From the NCBI GenBank assembly GCA_964057225.1, contig OZ059894.1, positions 24,242,001-24,306,000 on the forward strand: a DNA stretch of 64,000 bases, given 5' to 3'. The DNA is from Auanema rhodensis (taxonomy: Eukaryota > Animalia > Nematoda). Positions 57,701 to 64,000 of the stretch are shown here, piece by piece (the stretch's first letter is position 1; every line of letters begins with the position of its first letter). The position numbers and the translations under genes were made by a program. The notes below the pieces were generated by a model that had not been told where the DNA came from, did not search any database, and worked only from the letters and a program-made list of their open reading frames with translations.

Positions 57701-60700
57701 CATATTAGTCTAAAAACAAATTTTTATTGATATTGATTCATGGTAACCATGACTTTGAAATTTACGTGAACTTCAATTTATGCTAATTAAATGTACACGT
57801 GATGTGCACTTGGTATGTAACTCGCTTCACGTGAAAGATAAAGAGATGCGGTTTTCAAAATTAGATTCCCCCTGTCCATATTAGTCTAAAAACAAATTTT
57901 TATTGATATTGGTGCATGGTAACCATGACTTTGAAATTTACGTGAACTTTAATTTATGCTAATTAAATGTACACGTGATGTGCACTTGGTATGTAACTCG
58001 CTTCACGTGAAAGATAAAGAGATGCGGTTTTCAAAATTAGATTCCCCATGTCCATATTAGTCTAAAAACAAATTTTTATTGATATTGGTTCATGGTAACC
58101 ATGACTTTGAAATTTACGTGAACTTTAATTTATGCTAATTAAATGTACACGTGATGTGCACTTGGTATGTAACTCGCTTCACGTGAAAGATAAAGAGATG
58201 CGGTTTTCAAAATTAGATTCCCCCTGTCCATATTAGTCTAAAAACAAATTTTTATTGATATTGGTTCATGGTAACCATGACTTTGAAATTTACGTGAACT
58301 TTAATTTATGCTAATTAAATGTACACGTGATGTGCACTTGGTATGTAACTCGCTTCACGTGAAAGATAAAAAGATGCGGTTTTCAAAATTAGATTCCCCA
58401 TGTCCATATTAGTCTAAAAACAAATTTTTATTGATATTGGTTCATGGTAACCATGACTTTGAAATTTACGTTAACTTTAATTTATGCTAATTAAATGTAC
58501 ACGTGATGTGCACTTGGTATGTAACTCGCTTCACGTGAAAGATAAAGAGATGCGGTTTTCAAAATTAAATTTCCCATGTCCATATTAGTCTAAAAACAAA
58601 TTTTTATTGATATTGGTTCATGGTAACCATGACTTTGAAATTTACGTGAACTTTAATTTATGCTAATTAAATGTACACGTGATGTGCACTTGGTATGTAA
58701 CTCGCTTCACGTGAAAGATAAAGAGATGCGGTTTTCAAAATTAGATTCCCCATGTCCATATTAGTCTAAAAACAAATTTTTATTGATATTGGTTCATGGT
58801 AACCATGACTTTGAAATTTACGTGAACTTCAATTTATGCTAATTAAATGTACACGTGATGTGCACTTGGTATGTAACTCGCTTCACGTGAAAGATAAAGA
58901 GATGCGGTTTTCAAAATTAGATTCCCCATGTCCATATTAGTCTAAAAACAAATTTTTATTGATATTGATTCATGGTAACCATGACTTTGAAATTTACGTG
59001 AACTTCAATTTATGCTAATTAAATGTACACGTGATGTGCACTTGGTATGTAACTCGCTTCACGTGAAAGATAAAGAGATGCGGTTTTCAAAATTAGATTC
59101 CCCATGTCCATATTAGTCTAAAAACAAATTTTTATTGATATTGGTGCATGGTAACCATGACTTTGAAATTTACGTGAACTTTAATTTATGCTAATTAAAT
59201 GTACACGTGATGTGCACTTGGTATGTAACTCGCTTCACGTGAAAGATAAAGAGATGCGGTTTTCAAAATTAGATTCCCCATGTCCATATTAGTCTAAAAA
59301 CAAATTTTTATTGATATTGGTGCATGGTAACCATGACTTTGAAATTTACGTGAACTTTAATTTATGCTAATTAAATGTACACGTGATGTGCACTTGGTAT
59401 GTAACTCGCTTCACGTGAAAGATAAAGAGATGCGGTTTTCAAAATTAAATTTCCCATGTCCATATTAGTCTAAAAACAAATTTTTATTGATATTGGTGCA
59501 TGGTAACCATGACTTTGAAATTTACGTGAACTTTAATTTATGCTAATTAAATGTACACGTGATGTGCACTTGGTATGTAACTCGCTTCACGTGAAAGATA
59601 AAGAGATGCGGTTTTCAAAATTAGATTCCCCATGTCCATATTAGTCTAAAAACAAATTTTTATTGATATTGGTTCATGGTAACCATGACTTTGAAATTTA
59701 CGTGAACTTTAATTTATGCTAATTAAATGTACACGTGATGTGCACTTGGTATGTAACTCGCTTCACGTGAAAGATAAAGAGATGCGGTTTTCAAAATTAG
59801 ATTCCCCCTGTCCATATTAGTCTAAAAACAAATTTTTATTGATATTGGTTCATGGTAACCATGACTTTGAAATTTACGTGAACTTTAATTTATGCTAATT
59901 AAATGTACACGTGATGTGCACTTGGTATGTAACTCGCTTCACGTGAAAGATAAAAAGATGCGGTTTTCAAAATTAGATTCCCCATGTCCATATTAGTCTA
60001 AAAACAAATTTTTATTGATATTGGTGCGTGGTAACCATGACTTTGAAATTTACGTGAACTTTAATTTATGCTAATTAAATGTACACGTGATGTGCACTTG
60101 GTATGTAACTCGCTTCACGTGAAAGATAAAGAGATGCGGTTTTCAAAATTAAATTTCCCATGTCCATATTAGTCTAAAAACAAATTTTTATTGATATTGG
60201 TGCATGGTAACCATGACTTTGAAATTTACGTGAACTTTAATTTATGTTAATTAAATGTACACGTGATGTGCACTTGGTATGTAACTCGCTTCACGTGAAA
60301 GATAAAGAGATGCGTTTTTCAAAATTAGATTCCCCATGTCCATATTAGTCTAAAAACAAATTTTTATTGATATTGGTTCATGGTAACCATGACTTTGAAA
60401 TTTACGTGAACTTCAATTTATGCTAATTAAATGTACACGTGATGTGCACTTGGTATGTAACTCGCTTCACGTGAAAGATAAAGAGATGCGGTTTTCAAAA
60501 TTAGATTCCCCATGTCCATATTAGTCTAAAAACAAATTTTTATTGATATTGATTCATGGTAACCATGACTTTGAAATTTACGTGAACTTCAATTTATGCT
60601 AATTAAATGTACACGTGATGTGCACTTGGTATGTAACTCGCTTCACGTGAAAGATAAAGAGATGCGGTTTTCAAAATTAGATTCCCCATGTCCATATTAG

Positions 60701-61949
60701 TCTAAAAACAAATTTTTATTGATATTGGTGCATGGGAACCATGACTTTGAAATTTACGTGAACTTTAATTTATGCTAATTAAATGTACACGTGATGTGCA
60801 CTTGGTATGTAACTCGCTTCACGTGAAAGATAAAGAGATGCGGTTTTCAAAATTAGATTCCCCATGTCCATATTAGTCTAAAAACAAATTTTTATTGATA
60901 TTGGTGCATGGTAACCATGACTTTGAAATTTACGTGAACTTTAATTTATGCTAATTAAATGTACACGTGATGTGCACTTGGTATGTAACTCGCTTCACGT
61001 GAAAGATAAAGAGATGCGGTTTTCAAAATTAGATTCCCCATGTCCATATTAGTCTAAAAACAAATTTTTATTGATATTGGTTCATGGTAACCATGACTTT
61101 GAAATTTACGTGAACTTTAATTTATGCTAATTAAATGTACACGTGATGTGCACTTGGTATGTAACTCGCTTCACGTGAAAGATAAAGAGATGCGGTTTTC
61201 AAAATTAGATTCCCCCTGTCCATATTAGTCTAAAAACAAATTTTTATTGATATTGGTTCATGGTAACCATGACTTTGAAATTTACGTGAACTTTAATTTA
61301 TGCTAATTAAATGTACACGTGATGTGCACTTGGTATGTAACTCGCTTCACGTGAAAGATAAAGAGATGCGGTTTTCAAAATTAGATTCCCCCTGTCCATA
61401 TTAGTCTAAAAACAAATTTTTATTGATATTGGTTCATGGTAACCATGACTTTGAAATTTACGTGAACTTTAATTTATGCTAATTAAATGTACACGTGATG
61501 TGCACTTGGTATGTAACTCGCTTCACGTGAAAGATAAAGAGATGCGGTTTTCAAAATTAGATTCCTCATGTCCATATTAGTCTAAAAACAAATTTTTATT
61601 GATATTGGTTCATGGTAACCATGACTTTGAAATTTACGTGAACTTCAATTTATGCTAATTAAATGTACACGTGATGTGCACTTGGTATGTAACTCGCTTC
61701 ACGTGAAAGATGAAGAGATGCGGTTTTCAAAATTAGATTTCCTATGTCCATATTAGTCTAAAAACAAATTTTTATTGATATTGGTTCATGGTAACCATGA
61801 CTTTGAAATTTACGTGAACTTTAATTTATGCTAATTAAATGTACACGTGATGTGCACTTGGTATGTAACTCGCTTCACGTGAAAGATAAAGAGATGCAGT
61901 TTTCAAAATTAGATTCCCCATGTCCATATTAGTCAAAAACAAATTTTTA

Positions 61950-63357
61950 TTGATATTGGTTCATGGTAACCATGACTTTGAAATTTACGTGAACTTCAAT
62001 TTATGCTAATTAAATGTACACGTGATGTGCACTTGGTATGTAACTCGCTTCACGTGAAAGATGAAGAGATGCGGTTTTCAAAATTAGATTCCCTATGTCC
62101 ATATTAGTCTAAAAACAAATTTTTATTGATATTGGTTCATGGTAACCATGACTTTGAAATTTACGTGAACTTTAATTTATGCTAATTAAATGTACACGTG
62201 ATGGGCACTTGGTATGTAACTCGCTTCACGTGAAAGATAAAGAGATGCGGTTTTCAAAATTAGATTCCCCATGTCCATATTAGTCTAAAAACAAATTTTT
62301 ATTGATATTGGTGCATGGTAACCATGACTTTGAAATTTACGTGAACTTTAATTTATGCTAATTAAATGTACACGTGATGTGCACTTGGTATGTAACTCGC
62401 TTCACGTGAAAGATAAAGAGATGCGGTTTTCAAAATTAGATTCCCCATGTCCATTTTAGTCTAAAAACAAATTTTTATCGATATTGGTTCATGGTAACCA
62501 TGACTTTGAAATTTACGTGAACTTTAATTTATGCTAATTAAATGTACACGTGATGTGCACTTGGTATGTAACTCGCTTCACGTGAAAGATGAAGAGATGC
62601 GGTTTTCAAAATTAGATTCCCCATGTCCATATTAGTCTAAAAACAAATTTTTATTGATATTGGTTCATGGTAACCATGACTTTGAAATTTACGTGAACTT
62701 CAATTTATGCTAATTAAATGTACACGTGATGTGCACTTGGTATGTAACTCGCTTCACGTGAAAGATGAAGAGATGCGGTTTTCAAAATTAGATTCCCTAT
62801 GTCCATATTAGTCTAAAAACAAATTTTTATTGATATTGGTTCATGGTAACCATGACTTTGAAATTTACGTGAACTTTAATTTATGCTAATTAAATGTACA
62901 CGTGATGGGCACTTGGTATGTAACTCGCTTCACGTGAAAGATAAAGAGATGCGGTTTTCAAAATTAGATTCCCCATGTCCATATTAGTCTAAAAACAAAT
63001 TTTTATTGATATTGGTGCATGGTAACCATGACTTTGAAATTTACGTGAACTTTAATTTATGCTAATTAAATGTACACGTGATGTGCACTTGGTATGTAAC
63101 TCGCTTCACGTGAAAGATAAAGAGATGCGGTTTTCAAAATTAGATTCCCCATGTCCATTTTAGTCTAAAAACAAATTTTTATCGATATTGGTTCATGGTA
63201 ACCATGACTTTGAAATTTACGTGAACTTTAATTTATGCTAATTAAATGTACACGTGATGTGCACTTGGTATGTAACTCGCTTCACGTGAAAGATGAAGAG
63301 ATGCGGTTTTCAAAATTAGATTCCCCATGTCCATATTAGTCTAAAAACAAATTTTTA
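61950..63357. repeat. 4-monomer (704 bp) tandem block duplication
   Basis: The string [p48C,p114G,p145T]-[p79G]-[p154T]-[p2C,p114G] occurs at 61950-62653 and again at 62654-63357 with no differences seen. Confidence 0.92.
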
Positions 63358-64000
63358 TTGATATTGGTTCATGGTAACCATGACTTTGAAATTTACGTGA
63401 ACTTTAATTTATGCTAATTAAATGTACACGTGATGTGCACTTGGTATGTAACTCGCTTCACGTGAAAGATAAAGAGATGCGGTTTTCAAAATTAGATTCC
63501 CCATGTCCATATTAGTCTAAAAACAAATTTTTATTGATATTGGTGCATGGTAACCATGACTTTGAAATTTACGTGAACTTTAATTTATGCTAATTAAATG
63601 TACACGTGATGTGCCCTCGGTATGTAACTCGCTTCACGTGAAAGATAAAGAGATGCGGTTTTCAAAATTAGATTCCCCATGTCCATATTAGTTTAAAAAC
63701 AAATTTTTATTGATATTGGTGCATGGTAACCATGACTTTGAAATTTACGTGAACTTCAATTTATGCTAATTAAATGTACACGTGATGTGCACTTGGTATG
63801 TAACTCGCTTCACGTGAAAGATGAAGAGATGCGGTTTTCAAAATTAGATTCCCTATGTCCATATTAGTCTAAAAACAAATTTTTATTGATATTGGTTCAT
63901 GGTAACCATGACTTTGAAATTTACGTGAACTTTAATTTATGCTAATTAAATGTACACGTGATGTGCACTTGGTATGTAACTCGCTTCACGTGAAAGATAA

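Larger units (their letters stand above)
1..64000. repeat. 176-bp tandem satellite DNA array (~363.6 monomers, head-to-tail, highly homogeneous)
   Basis: TTGATATTGG recurs at 1, 177, 353, 529 and onward with an exact 176-bp period. The phase shifts by -1 only after 46272, 50143 and 61934. The array runs off both window edges with no non-satellite sequence. Confidence 0.99.
1..64000. other. Probable centromeric/pericentromeric satellite region of a eukaryote
   Basis: Inference from the nucleosome-scale monomer (147+29 bp), ~68% AT, very high monomer identity, higher-order block duplications and >=64 kb uninterrupted length. These properties are shared with known centromeric satellites such as 171-bp alpha satellite and Arabidopsis CEN178. 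No sequence identity to those is claimed, and function cannot be shown from sequence. Confidence 0.65.

Noticed and set aside
1-64000. Long ORF running through the repeats (repeat-protein gene)
   Set aside because: 176 is not a multiple of 3, and every monomer has stop codons in all six frames.
1-64000. CRISPR array or other repeat-spacer system
   Set aside because: There are no unique spacers; the entire 176-bp unit is repeated.
1-64000. Variant string as an information-bearing code, or a synthetic/rolling-circle concatemer artefact
   Set aside because: The variant order is explained by nested duplication and recombination. Shared, hierarchically inherited variants argue against random sequencing error on a single amplified template.

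Overview
The whole 64 kb window is one uninterrupted, single-orientation tandem array of a 176-bp AT-rich monomer (~32% GC by hand count). It holds 363 complete copies plus a final partial copy. Consensus: TTGATATTGGTKCATGGTAACCATGACTTTGAAATTTACGTGAACTTTAATTTATGCTAATTAAATGTACACGTGATGTGCACTTGGTATGTAACTCGCTTCACGTGAAAGATAAAGAGATGCGGTTTTCAAAATTAGATTCCCCATGTCCATATTAGTCTAAAAACAAATTTTTA. Monomers differ from consensus by about 0-5 substitutions, and the only indel I found is one 1-bp deletion present three times. I see no genes, RNA genes, transposon insertions, inversions or CRISPR spacers. The monomer size, homogeneity and array length fit a eukaryotic centromeric or pericentromeric satellite, but this is inference and I do not recognise the family or species. 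Reading variants monomer by monomer shows no single fixed higher-order repeat. Instead there is a nested patchwork of recent block duplications with periods of 4, 6, 9, 10, 13, 15, 21-22, 28 and 32-33 monomers, plus dispersed copies of blocks up to ~47 kb apart. The monomer is rich in dyads and carries three ACGTGA cores spaced 33 and 32 bp apart. I found no evidence of a novel protein-coding system. All variant calls were made by eye. Monomer n starts at 176(n-1)+1 up to the first deletion at 46272, and 'pN' means position N within the monomer.
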